Shown here piece by piece: positions 48,830-58,417 of a DNA stretch of 64,000 nucleotides. Each line of letters opens with the position of its first letter. The stretch's first letter is position 1. The position numbers and the translations under genes were made by a program. The notes beneath the pieces are model-generated. The model saw only the letters and a program-made list of their open reading frames with translations. It ran no database searches and was not told the origin of the DNA. Location: the NCBI GenBank assembly GCA_028281365.1, contig JANQJZ010000044.1:29818-93817 (forward strand). Reading direction: 5' to 3'. Source of the stretch: Gammaproteobacteria bacterium. GTDB lineage: Bacteria > Pseudomonadota > Gammaproteobacteria > Eutrophobiales > Eutrophobiaceae.

Positions 48830-50528
48830 TGACACCATGCTTGTTACACGATCAACACAAGCAATTCCACTCAACCTGAATCACAAAGCTTTTTCTTTTC
48901 TGTCCTCAAAATGGAATATTACTCTGATATTCATTTCATTCTTGTTTTGTATTCCTTTATTAATCATTTTTGGATCACTATTTTTTCCGGCAAAGGAAAT
49001 CTGGTTACATTTAATTGATACCGTACTTATTGATTATATAAGTAACTCTTTCGCATTATCAATTGGTGTTGGTTGTTTAAGTCTTGTGTTAGGAATCATC
49101 CCTGCCTGGTTAGTCACCATGTATCGATTTCCAATGAGTCGATTCCTTGAATGGGCATTGCTATTACCGATGGCGATGCCTGCATATATCATTGCCTATA
49201 GCTATACTGGTTTACTTGAATTTGCCGGACCACTGCAAACATTCTTAAGAGAAATAACCGGTTGGCAATATCATGACTACTGGTTCCCGGAGATCCGCTC
49301 ATTGGGCGGAGCAATAATTATGCTATCCCTTGTTCTATATCCATATGTTTATTTGTTGGCTCGCGCCGCATTTATTGAACAATCTATTTGTGTGTTGGAA
49401 GTTTCAAGGACTCTGGGATGTAATACGATTACAGCATTCAGGCGTGTTGCATTACCTCTGGCACGACCCGCCATTATCGTTGGTTTATCGTTAGTCATTA
49501 TGGAAACACTGGCGGACTATGGCACTGTGCAATATTTCGGTGTCTCTACATTCACGACCGGTATCTTTAGAACCTGGTTTGGACTTGGTAACAGCCTGGC
49601 CGCTGCACAATTATCTGCCTTGTTATTGGTGTTTGTTGCGATATTTTTATATATGGAAAAACGATCCCGAAAACAGGCACGTTTTCATCACACTAGCAGT
49701 CGTTACAGTTCATTACTGCAACATAGGTTGAGTAGAAAAAAAGGACTATTAGCCTTCACATTCTGTTCATCGCCGTTAATTTTTGGATTTCTGGTGCCAG
49801 TCTACTTCTTAACAAACTGGGCCTTTGAAACCTATTCGCATGTTATAGATAAAAATTTCTATCAATTATTAATAAACAGCCTGTTACTCGCTTCGATTGC
49901 CTCGTTACTTGCTCTATTGATTGCATTATTTATGGCGTATTCGAACAGAAATTCAAATTCACCACTAAACCATTTTATGGTTCGATTAGTTAGCCTAGGT
50001 TACGCTATCCCCGGAACTGTTATTGCAGTAGGTGTGTTAATCCCGTTTGCCTGGTTTGATAATACATTAGATACATTTTTAACCAGGCAATTTAATATAA
50101 GTAGCGGTCTGTTAATCAGTGGTACTGTATTTACATTAGTATTTGCCTATCTGGTTCGTTTTCTGGCCGTTTCTATAAATACGGTAGAAGCAGGTTTAAT
50201 AAAGATAAAACCTGTCATGGATGAAGTTGCTAAAACTACAGGAATGACATCAGGTAAAATTATCGGCCGCATTCATATCCCTATGATGCGGGGAAGCCTG
50301 TTAACAGCACTTTTATTAGTATTCGTTGACGTAATGAAAGAACTTCCTGCAACACTTATTTTAAGACCCTTTAATTTTAATACGCTTGCAGTCCGTGCCT
50401 ATGAGCTGGCCAATGAAGAACGTCTGGCTGATGCTGCTGTTCCGGCATTGGCTATTGTTATTGCTGGTATTATACCGGTTATTATGATCAGTAATTCTAT
50501 CTCCAAATCACGTCCCGGCCATGAGTAA
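48816..50528 (+). CDS. fbpB: Fe(3+) ABC transporter permease (two-domain FbpB/AfuB)
   Basis: 12-TM duplicated BPD permease, 570 aa. Confidence 0.8.
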   Translation: MVGNDDTMLVTRSTQAIPLNLNHKAFSFLSSKWNITLIFISFLFCIPLLIIFGSLFFPAKEIWLHLIDTVLIDYISNSFALSIGVGCLSLVLGIIPAWLVTMYRFPMSRFLEWALLLPMAMPAYIIAYSYTGLLEFAGPLQTFLREITGWQYHDYWFPEIRSLGGAIIMLSLVLYPYVYLLARAAFIEQSICVLEVSRTLGCNTITAFRRVALPLARPAIIVGLSLVIMETLADYGTVQYFGVSTFTTGIFRTWFGLGNSLAAAQLSALLLVFVAIFLYMEKRSRKQARFHHTSSRYSSLLQHRLSRKKGLLAFTFCSSPLIFGFLVPVYFLTNWAFETYSHVIDKNFYQLLINSLLLASIASLLALLIALFMAYSNRNSNSPLNHFMVRLVSLGYAIPGTVIAVGVLIPFAWFDNTLDTFLTRQFNISSGLLISGTVFTLVFAYLVRFLAVSINTVEAGLIKIKPVMDEVAKTTGMTSGKIIGRIHIPMMRGSLLTALLLVFVDVMKELPATLILRPFNFNTLAVRAYELANEERLADAAVPALAIVIAGIIPVIMISNSISKSRPGHE

Positions 50529-51564
50529 TGCGATTGAGTTAAAAAATATTAGCGTCTCTATAGAAGACCGGGTAATACTCGATAATATTTCATTTGGACT
50601 GAATGAAGGAGGAATTGCTTGTCTACTCGGACCCAGTGGTTGTGGTAAGACAACTTTATTACGTTGCATAGCTGGATTTCAGTATCAACAACAGGGTGAA
50701 GTATGGATAAAGGGTGTCAGGGCGAGTAACCCGGTTCATTATCTCCCTGTTGAACAAAGACAGATAGGTATGGTGTTTCAGGATTACGCATTGTTTCCAC
50801 ATTTAAATGTGGCTGACAATATTATTTTTGGCCTGAAAAAACTTGATAAACAAAGAACCAAACAGCGTTTGGATGAATTGATCGAATTATTCTCTCTTGC
50901 AGAACATGTAAACAAATATCCACATCGTTTATCCGGCGGACAACAACAACGGGTTGCACTAGCCAGGGCCATGGCTTCGCGACCGGGAGTTTTATTAATG
51001 GATGAACCATTTGCCAGCCTTGACATAGAACTACGGGAGCAGATTGCCAGGGAAGTACATCAAATATTAAAACAGGATGGCATTACAACAATAATGGTTA
51101 GTCATAATCAACTTGAAGCATTTGCAATAGCGGATGTTATTGGTGTAATGAACGAAGGAAAGCTATTACAGTGGGACAATGCATTCAATTTATACCATGA
51201 ACCGGAATCATCCGAAGTCGCTGACTTTATTGGAGAAGGTGTGTTCATCCCGGGTAAAGTTATTAATGAAAAAAAGGTCCAAACCGAGATTGGAAATATT
51301 ACCGGGCAATCTCCTCACGGTTTCCAGCCTGGAAGTAAAGTAAATGTGTTAATTCGACCCGATGACATTTTACATGATGACGATAGTTCTATGACTGCAT
51401 GTGTCAGAGATAAGGCTTTTAGAGGTGCAGAATTTTTATATACGCTGGAACTTGAAAGTGGCTTACGCTTATTGAGTCTGGTACCCAGTCATCATAATCA
51501 CCCGGTAAATGAACCCATTGGCATAAAGCTGGAAATTGATCACCTGGTTATTTTTCCTGCATAG
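50521..51564 (+). CDS. fbpC: Fe(3+) ABC transporter ATP-binding protein
   Basis: GPSGCGKTT, LSGGQQQRVALARA, 347 aa. Confidence 0.85.
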   Translation: MSNAIELKNISVSIEDRVILDNISFGLNEGGIACLLGPSGCGKTTLLRCIAGFQYQQQGEVWIKGVRASNPVHYLPVEQRQIGMVFQDYALFPHLNVADNIIFGLKKLDKQRTKQRLDELIELFSLAEHVNKYPHRLSGGQQQRVALARAMASRPGVLLMDEPFASLDIELREQIAREVHQILKQDGITTIMVSHNQLEAFAIADVIGVMNEGKLLQWDNAFNLYHEPESSEVADFIGEGVFIPGKVINEKKVQTEIGNITGQSPHGFQPGSKVNVLIRPDDILHDDDSSMTACVRDKAFRGAEFLYTLELESGLRLLSLVPSHHNHPVNEPIGIKLEIDHLVIFPA

Positions 51565-51669
51565 ATTTAAATAAAATATTCAAACAATTGTTGTGGTGGC
51601 GAAGTGCTGTTTGCTGTCTTAAACTAATTAAATTATAAATATGCTTTTGTATTTAACTATAAAAAATGA

Positions 51670-52071
51670 GTGGAAATAAAAATGCATAATGTCCCCGGCG
51701 AATTAAAATATACAGCAACACACACCTGGGTCGAAGAACTTGGAGAAAATAAATACCGTGTTGGAATCACGGATTTTGCCCAGGATGAGCTTGGTGATAT
51801 CGTATTCGTAGAACCACCCGAACTTAACCGGGAGTACTCACAATCAGATGAATGTGCGGTTGTTGAATCTGTTAAATCGACTTCAGATATATATTGCCCA
51901 CTTAGTGGTACTATCCTGGAAATTAACGAATTACTTGAAGATTCACCGGAAACAATAAATAGTGAACCATATAATGAAGGGTGGGTTTTTATTATTCATG
52001 CAGTGGATAATTCAGAACTCGAAGAATTAATAAATGCTGAAACTTATTCAGAGTTAACGGAAGAGGGCTAA
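51670..52071 (+). CDS. gcvH: Glycine-cleavage H-protein-type lipoyl carrier (orphan gcvH); probable start MHNVPGELKY
   Basis: Near-collinear with E. coli GcvH, including lipoyl-Lys ESVKSTSD. No gcvT/gcvP nearby. Confidence 0.8.
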   Translation: MEIKMHNVPGELKYTATHTWVEELGENKYRVGITDFAQDELGDIVFVEPPELNREYSQSDECAVVESVKSTSDIYCPLSGTILEINELLEDSPETINSEPYNEGWVFIIHAVDNSELEELINAETYSELTEEG

Positions 52072-52076
52072 ACAAC

Positions 52077-52574
52077 ATGGCAACTATCACATTACAAGGC
52101 AATGAAATACATACTAACGGGGATTTACCAAAAAAAGGGGATACTGCGCCGGATTTTACACTGGTAGATTCAGAATTAGGTGATGTTACTCTAGAAACCT
52201 ATAAAGGGAAGAAAAAACTATTAAGTATCGTACCCAGCCTGGATACTCCTGTCTGTGCAACATCAACAAAAAAATTTAATGACGCCGCAAAAGACAAATC
52301 AGATGCCGTCTTTTTAATGATTGCAACTGACTTACCATTTGCGATGTCCCGTTTTTGTAGTGCAGAGGGTACTGATAATGTTATTACCTTATCATTAATG
52401 CGATCCCGGAAATTTGCAAAAGACTACGGGGTACTAATCGAAGATGGGCCTCTGGCTGGTATTACCGCACGGGCTGTCGTTGTTATCGATGAAAATGACA
52501 AGGTTATTCATTCCGAGCTGGTACCGGAAATAGCACAGGAACCGGATTACGATGCTGCACTTGCGGCATTATAA
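52077..52574 (+). CDS. tpx: Thiol peroxidase
   Basis: Tpx family with ...SLDTPVCATS peroxidatic Cys, 165 aa. Confidence 0.85.
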   Translation: MATITLQGNEIHTNGDLPKKGDTAPDFTLVDSELGDVTLETYKGKKKLLSIVPSLDTPVCATSTKKFNDAAKDKSDAVFLMIATDLPFAMSRFCSAEGTDNVITLSLMRSRKFAKDYGVLIEDGPLAGITARAVVVIDENDKVIHSELVPEIAQEPDYDAALAAL

Positions 52575-52608
52575 AAACTAATAACAATTTACCCAGGGTA
52601 GGTGATTA

Positions 52609-52971
52609 ATGGCGTCGCAGGGTCCAACCGGTATTGTTCGAATTATTAAAGCAGCGGGATATTCCTGGCAGGGCTTGAAGGCTGCCTACGCCTATGAAGA
52701 AGCTTTTCGACAGGAGATATTACTTGCAATTATTACTATTCCGCTTGGATTCTATCTTGGTAATAACGGAATAGAGAAAGCTCTATTAATCAGCGTAATT
52801 CTCTTGATACTTATTACCGAATTACTCAATACAGGAATAGAAGTAATCACAGATCGGGTTGGGACAGATCACCACGAATTATCCGGAAGAGCAAAAGATA
52901 TTGGCTCATCTGCAGTTTGCCTGAGCATTATTAATGCGATACTGGTTTGGGCATTAGTACTAATAAACTAG
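52609..52971 (+). CDS. dgkA: Diacylglycerol kinase
   Basis: 120 aa, 3 TM, DgkA signature. Confidence 0.8.
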   Translation: MASQGPTGIVRIIKAAGYSWQGLKAAYAYEEAFRQEILLAIITIPLGFYLGNNGIEKALLISVILLILITELLNTGIEVITDRVGTDHHELSGRAKDIGSSAVCLSIINAILVWALVLIN

Positions 52972-52972
52972 T

Positions 52973-54025
52973 GTGTATAAATTCATATTATTAATAATAC
53001 TGGTTACATTATCCCGGTCAGTTCTTGCAGATAAACCTCCTCATGAATCCTGGACATTCAGCTTTGGTTTTGAAAATGATCTCTTTGCTGATACCGATCG
53101 ATTCTATACAAACGGGATAAAACTTAACTGGATATCTCCCGAGCTAAAATGGTTTGAAGATCTGGAATGGATAAAACGCGACGCCTTTCTAAGTGATACT
53201 TTAAAACAGTTCATTAAGTTACTTCCCTATAATGAAGACCCAAACCGGCAACGGCATTTTTCGTTTTCAATCGGCCAAAAGATTTTTACACCGGAAGACA
53301 TAAATAATTTCAATCTGGTTACTACTGATCGACCCTATGCTGCCTGGTTGTATGGCGATATTGCATTTCATAGTAAAAATGAAAGGCAACTGGATACTTT
53401 TGGAGTACAACTGGGTTTGATTGGTGATTTTGCACTGGGTGAAGAAGCCCAGGATCTGGTTCATTCCATTCGAGGGATTGCCAAGGCCAATGGTTGGGAT
53501 AACCAGCTTGATAACGAAATTGGTCTGGCATTAATTTATGATCGGAAACAACGGTTAATACGGCGAACGGATGTCAAGGGACTATTTGGTTTCGACTCCA
53601 TCATCCATATCGGCGGGGCAGCAGGAAACGTTTTTACACATTTAAATACTGGTGCCGAATTTCGTATTGGTTGGAATATTCCCACCGATTTTGGCTCAGC
53701 CCTGATAAGACCTGCGGGCAATACCAACGCACCTGCCGATGCACATGACCCGCGTTATTTATCAGGTAAAGACGCATTAAGCTTTTATTTCTTTGGAGCC
53801 GTAAATGGTCGGTGGGTGTTGAGAGATATTTTTCTCGATGGAAATACCTTTAGTGATAGTCACAGTGTCGATAAAGAATCACTGGTTGGTGAATTTATTA
53901 TTGGTTCAAGCATGGTATTCAAGAATATAAAATTATCTTATGCGCAGGTATTTCGTTCTAAAGAGTTTGAGTTACAACGGAGTGGACAAAGTTTTGGATC
54001 GATTTCAATTTCTTATACCTATTAA
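52973..54025 (+). CDS. Outer-membrane lipid A 3-O-deacylase LpxR-like protein (DUF2219)
   Basis: Signal peptide and FGFENDLFADTDRFYTNG N-terminal motif typical of the LpxR family. Confidence 0.45.
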   Translation: MYKFILLIILVTLSRSVLADKPPHESWTFSFGFENDLFADTDRFYTNGIKLNWISPELKWFEDLEWIKRDAFLSDTLKQFIKLLPYNEDPNRQRHFSFSIGQKIFTPEDINNFNLVTTDRPYAAWLYGDIAFHSKNERQLDTFGVQLGLIGDFALGEEAQDLVHSIRGIAKANGWDNQLDNEIGLALIYDRKQRLIRRTDVKGLFGFDSIIHIGGAAGNVFTHLNTGAEFRIGWNIPTDFGSALIRPAGNTNAPADAHDPRYLSGKDALSFYFFGAVNGRWVLRDIFLDGNTFSDSHSVDKESLVGEFIIGSSMVFKNIKLSYAQVFRSKEFELQRSGQSFGSISISYTY

Positions 54026-54762
54026 TTACAAACCGGGCAGTTAGGATCTTTTTTCAAAATTGCCTGATTCCACTCCATATGTAAGGCATCCATTAATAAT
54101 AATTTACCTTGTAGCGTTTCCCCGATACCCATAATCAACTTCATTGTCTCATTCGCCTGTATGCTACCTATAATACCTAACAGCGGTGCAACCACACCAT
54201 TTGCTGTACACGTCTCCTGGGTAGCCACATCTTCATTGTACAAACAACGGTAACATGGAGAGCCTTTATCAAGTGGATTGAATACTGATACCTGTCCTTC
54301 AAACCGAATTGCTGCACCGGAAACCAGAGGCGTTCCGGTTTTTACTGATGCTTCATTTAAAGCAAATCGCGTTTTAAAATTGTCCGATGCATCAACGATA
54401 ACCGTTGCTTTATCAGCTTGATCATACAACTCATTCTCATCTAATACATGATCGATACACTCGATTTTTATTTCCGGATTAAGCGCTTGTAAATGTTCTC
54501 TGGCAGAATCAATCTTTGGCCGATCTATATTTGGCGTAGTATGAACTATTTGGCGTTGAAGATTACTGAGATCAACTTTATCAAAATCAACCAGTACTAA
54601 ATGACCCACGCCCGCACTTGCGAGATACATTGAAACAGGAGAACCAAGGCCACCAAGACCAATAATTAATACGCGTGCCTCATTAAGTTTTTGCTGGCCT
54701 GCTGCATCGATCTCCGGCAACATCATCTGTCGGCTATAGCGTAATAGTTGTTCGTCATTCAT
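54022..54762 (-). CDS. moeB: Molybdopterin-synthase adenylyltransferase (ThiF/MoeB E1-like)
   Basis: GLGGLGSP nucleotide motif and C-terminal CxxC...CxxC, 246 aa. Confidence 0.8.
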   Translation of the reverse strand: MNDEQLLRYSRQMMLPEIDAAGQQKLNEARVLIIGLGGLGSPVSMYLASAGVGHLVLVDFDKVDLSNLQRQIVHTTPNIDRPKIDSAREHLQALNPEIKIECIDHVLDENELYDQADKATVIVDASDNFKTRFALNEASVKTGTPLVSGAAIRFEGQVSVFNPLDKGSPCYRCLYNEDVATQETCTANGVVAPLLGIIGSIQANETMKLIMGIGETLQGKLLLMDALHMEWNQAILKKDPNCPVCN

Positions 54763-54928
54763 GCTGAATCAATTCTACCTTTTTGCAAACCTAGATACAT
54801 ATTTTGTATATAAAAAGTCCAACCACCCTTATGCCTGAGATGGTCCTGTCTGTTTCTTTCACAATAGCTGTTTAATAAAGAGAAAAAACTTTTTTCTCTT
54901 ATGTTGTTTTTATCATTGTCCTGAATAT

Positions 54929-55765
54929 TCATGTCAGCCATTGACCAAGAGTAATGCGTTCATGTCCACTATAATCTCTTATGGTAGATACATTTCTTAT
55001 ATTATTTTCACCCATTAAACTTCTAACAGCATTCCCTTGTTCAAAACCATGTTCAAGTATTAACCAACCTTCACTTTTTAAATGATATATTGCATCTGAT
55101 ATTATTGCTTTAATATCATTCAGCCCATCCTCACCTGATGCCAGGGCAGATACCGGTTCAAACCTGACGTCACCTTGTGCAAGATGTGAATCATTAGCAC
55201 TTATATAAGGTGGATTGCTTAAAATTAGGTCGTAAAAATGATCTTTTTCCATTTCAAACCAATTTGAATTTTTAAATGTAATATTTTCTATTTTATGTGT
55301 CTTTGCATTTTCCATTGCAACCTGTAGTGCATTATTATTTATATCGGTAGCTGTTACCGTTGCTAACGGTCTTTCAGATGCAATAGCGATTGCAATCGCT
55401 CCTGAGCCAGTACCTAAATCTATAATTGAACAAGAACCATCTTTATTAATTTTTTCCAATGCAGTTTCAACCAATAATTCGGTCTCGGGTCGAGGTATTA
55501 AAGTATCCGCTGTTATTTTCAACTTCATTGACCAGAATTCCTTGTTATTAATCAAATATGCAATCGGATGGCCCTGTTTGCGTAAATTGATTAATTCATC
55601 CAGGGATTGTGCATCACTTTCAGAAAGATTTAGCTCGGGGGAAGAATAAAGTTTACTGCGGTCACAATTCAAAACTGAACATAATAATAATTCTGTATCC
55701 AGATTCGCGCTGGCAGATGCAACCAGTTTTTCTCTGGCATTTTTAAGTGTTTCGTTGATTTGCAT
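54929..55765 (-). CDS. prmC: Release-factor glutamine methyltransferase
   Basis: NPPY motif (ILSNPPYIS). Downstream of prfA. Confidence 0.85.
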   Translation of the reverse strand: MQINETLKNAREKLVASASANLDTELLLCSVLNCDRSKLYSSPELNLSESDAQSLDELINLRKQGHPIAYLINNKEFWSMKLKITADTLIPRPETELLVETALEKINKDGSCSIIDLGTGSGAIAIAIASERPLATVTATDINNNALQVAMENAKTHKIENITFKNSNWFEMEKDHFYDLILSNPPYISANDSHLAQGDVRFEPVSALASGEDGLNDIKAIISDAIYHLKSEGWLILEHGFEQGNAVRSLMGENNIRNVSTIRDYSGHERITLGQWLT

Positions 55766-55767
55766 TT

Positions 55768-56892
55768 TTAATCACCAAGTGAAGCCAAAAGATCTGCCTG
55801 ATGCTCATTAATCAATGAATCAATGACCATATCAAGATTACCCTCAAGAAATTCATCAAGTCGATACAATGTCAGGTTAATACGATGATCCGTTACGCGT
55901 CCCTGTGGAAAATTATAGGTACGAATACGTTCTGATCGATCGCCGCTACCCACAAGGTTCCTTCGATTTTCAGCTTGCTCGGTTTGTTGTTTTTCACGTT
56001 CACTACTAAGTAACTTCGCCTGTAACAATGACATCGCCCGTGCCTTGTTTTTATGTTGTGAACGTTCGTCCTGACATTCAACAACGGTATTTGTAGGAAT
56101 ATGGGTAATACGTATCGCAGAATCCGTTTTATTCACATGTTGACCGCCGGCACCCGATGCACGAAAAGTATCTATACGGAGATCGGCTGTATTTATTTCA
56201 ATCTCACTAACTTCATCGACTTCCGGTAAAACTGCAACCGTACATGCTGAAGTATGTATGCGGCCTTGTGATTCGGTTTCAGGTACTCGTTGTACCCGGT
56301 GAGCCCCTGATTCAAATTTTAACCTGGAATAGGCACCGTCACCTATTACCCGCATAATGACTTCCTTATAACCTTCCAGATCACTTTCAGCTGCACTGAT
56401 ATGCTCTATCCTCCAACCACGGGATTCTGCATAACGCGAATACATGCGCATTAAGTCACCGGCAAACAGTGCAGCTTCTTCACCGCCTGTCCCTGCTCTA
56501 ATTTCAAGGAAGATATTGCTATTATCTGCAGGATCCTTTGGTAGTAGTAAAACCTGTAACTCATCATCTAATCGTTCATGTTCCAGTTCTGCCTGTTTTA
56601 ATTCTTCTGCAGCCAATTCCTGTAACTCTTTATCATTGTCTTTTAACATTTCGCGTGCATTCTCAATGTCATCACTTGCTTTACGATATTCATTGAAACA
56701 ATTAACGATAGGACGTACCTCGGCATATTCCTGTGAAAGTTCACGGAATTTATTTTGATCATTAATAATACCTGGATCAGAAAGTAAACCATCCAGTTCT
56801 TCCTGACGTTCCATTAGTTTCTCGAGTTTTATTTGTAGTGATTCTTTCATAGTTAAATTTTTATTGATGAAATAGCTCGAATGAATGAGCAA
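55768..56892 (-). CDS. prfA: Peptide chain release factor 1; probable start at internal MKESLQ (~56850)
   Basis: [19 protein letters not shown] with GGQ motif. Confidence 0.9.
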   Translation of the reverse strand: MLIHSSYFINKNLTMKESLQIKLEKLMERQEELDGLLSDPGIINDQNKFRELSQEYAEVRPIVNCFNEYRKASDDIENAREMLKDNDKELQELAAEELKQAELEHERLDDELQVLLLPKDPADNSNIFLEIRAGTGGEEAALFAGDLMRMYSRYAESRGWRIEHISAAESDLEGYKEVIMRVIGDGAYSRLKFESGAHRVQRVPETESQGRIHTSACTVAVLPEVDEVSEIEINTADLRIDTFRASGAGGQHVNKTDSAIRITHIPTNTVVECQDERSQHKNKARAMSLLQAKLLSSEREKQQTEQAENRRNLVGSGDRSERIRTYNFPQGRVTDHRINLTLYRLDEFLEGNLDMVIDSLINEHQADLLASLGD

Positions 56893-56917
56893 AGAATATA
56901 TCTATTAGCTAATGCAG

Positions 56918-58198
56918 CTAATGTTTTTTTTCTTTTTTATTAACTTGTCTATTTAAGTTATATAGTTCTTCTGCAGCCTGTAACAGGTCATTTCTGTTAT
57001 TTGCACTGGCATTTCTGAGTTGCGAACTGGGAGAGTGTATAAGTTTATTGGTCAAGGCCCTTGTTGTTTCCTGCAGAATCGATTCGGGATCGCCACCTTT
57101 TCTGAGTTTGGTTAATCCTGCCTGAATAACTTCTTCCTGAATCAATTCGGCCTGACCACGCAATGCACGTATGGTTGACACAGCATCCAATGAGTTTAAC
57201 CAATCCATATATTCCCGGGCTTGTGTATCGATTATCTTCTCAGCTTGTTTTGCAGCTTGTTGACGATTGCGCAGGTTTTCCTGAACCATATCCTTTAAAT
57301 CATCGACGCTATAGAGGTAAATATCATCCATTTCACCTACCTCAACTTCGATATCTCTTGGTACTGCAATATCAACCATAAACATGGGTTTATGCTTTCT
57401 TGCTTTAATAGCACTCTCTACCGCACCTTTACCAAGAATGGGTAACTGGCTTGCGGTTGATGAAATGACAATATCCGCTTCGGCCAGATGTTTTGGTATA
57501 TCCCCAATCTGAATAGCATATACCGAATATTCACTTGCTAATCGTTGTGATCGTTCCAATGTTCGATTGGCAATAATCATTCTACGTAGACCATTTTCAT
57601 AAAGATGCTTGGTAGCCAGCTCAATGGTCTCGCCTGCACCAATTAATAGCGCCGTTTGATCTTTCAATTCACCAAATATTTGTTGTGCCAATCTTACTGC
57701 AGCGAATGCAACTGATACTGGATGACTACCGATTGCTGTATTACTTCTGATCTCTTTTGCGACATGGAATGAATGTTGAAACAGTCGATTTAGTTGATGA
57801 CCAATACTGCCCGCGTGAATTGCCTTTTGATAAGCTTCTTTTAGTTGTCCAAGAACTTGTGGTTCTCCCAGAACCATTGAATCCAGCCCGCTGGCAACGC
57901 GTAATACGTGACGTACAGCATTTTCATTAGGGTGGCTGTATAAGAAGGGCTTTAACAATCCGGGTTGCATACCGTGAAAATTATGTAACCAATCTATTGG
58001 ACTGTTATGTTTTTCTTGATCAAGACTGCAATAAATCTCCGTCCTGTTGCAGGTCGACAAAATTGCGGCTTCATGCACACCTACCTGGTGCTTTAACTCA
58101 CTTAACGCATCGGAGACCGTTTCGTTGCCAAAACTCACCTTTTCCCGCACATCGATTGGTGCCGTTGCGTGATTTATACCATATGCAATGAGTGCCAT
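56918..58198 (-). CDS. hemA: Glutamyl-tRNA reductase
   Basis: HemA family, 426 aa. hemA-prfA-prmC operon. Confidence 0.9.
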   Translation of the reverse strand: MALIAYGINHATAPIDVREKVSFGNETVSDALSELKHQVGVHEAAILSTCNRTEIYCSLDQEKHNSPIDWLHNFHGMQPGLLKPFLYSHPNENAVRHVLRVASGLDSMVLGEPQVLGQLKEAYQKAIHAGSIGHQLNRLFQHSFHVAKEIRSNTAIGSHPVSVAFAAVRLAQQIFGELKDQTALLIGAGETIELATKHLYENGLRRMIIANRTLERSQRLASEYSVYAIQIGDIPKHLAEADIVISSTASQLPILGKGAVESAIKARKHKPMFMVDIAVPRDIEVEVGEMDDIYLYSVDDLKDMVQENLRNRQQAAKQAEKIIDTQAREYMDWLNSLDAVSTIRALRGQAELIQEEVIQAGLTKLRKGGDPESILQETTRALTNKLIHSPSSQLRNASANNRNDLLQAAEELYNLNRQVNKKEKKH

Positions 58199-58417
58199 AA
58201 TTTTATTAATTAAATGAAATTGTTATGAAAATTCTGTGCCACGAAGCGCAAGAATACAACAAAAACCTGGATAAACTTATACTAAAATGAACAAATTTCA
58301 TTGATTTGAATCAAGTAATAAATACCCTGTACGATAAGCTGTACAGCATCAATAAGTATATGATTTTTAGCCCTAACATGACAAAATGACCAGATAAAAC
58401 GGTAAACAGGATTTAAT

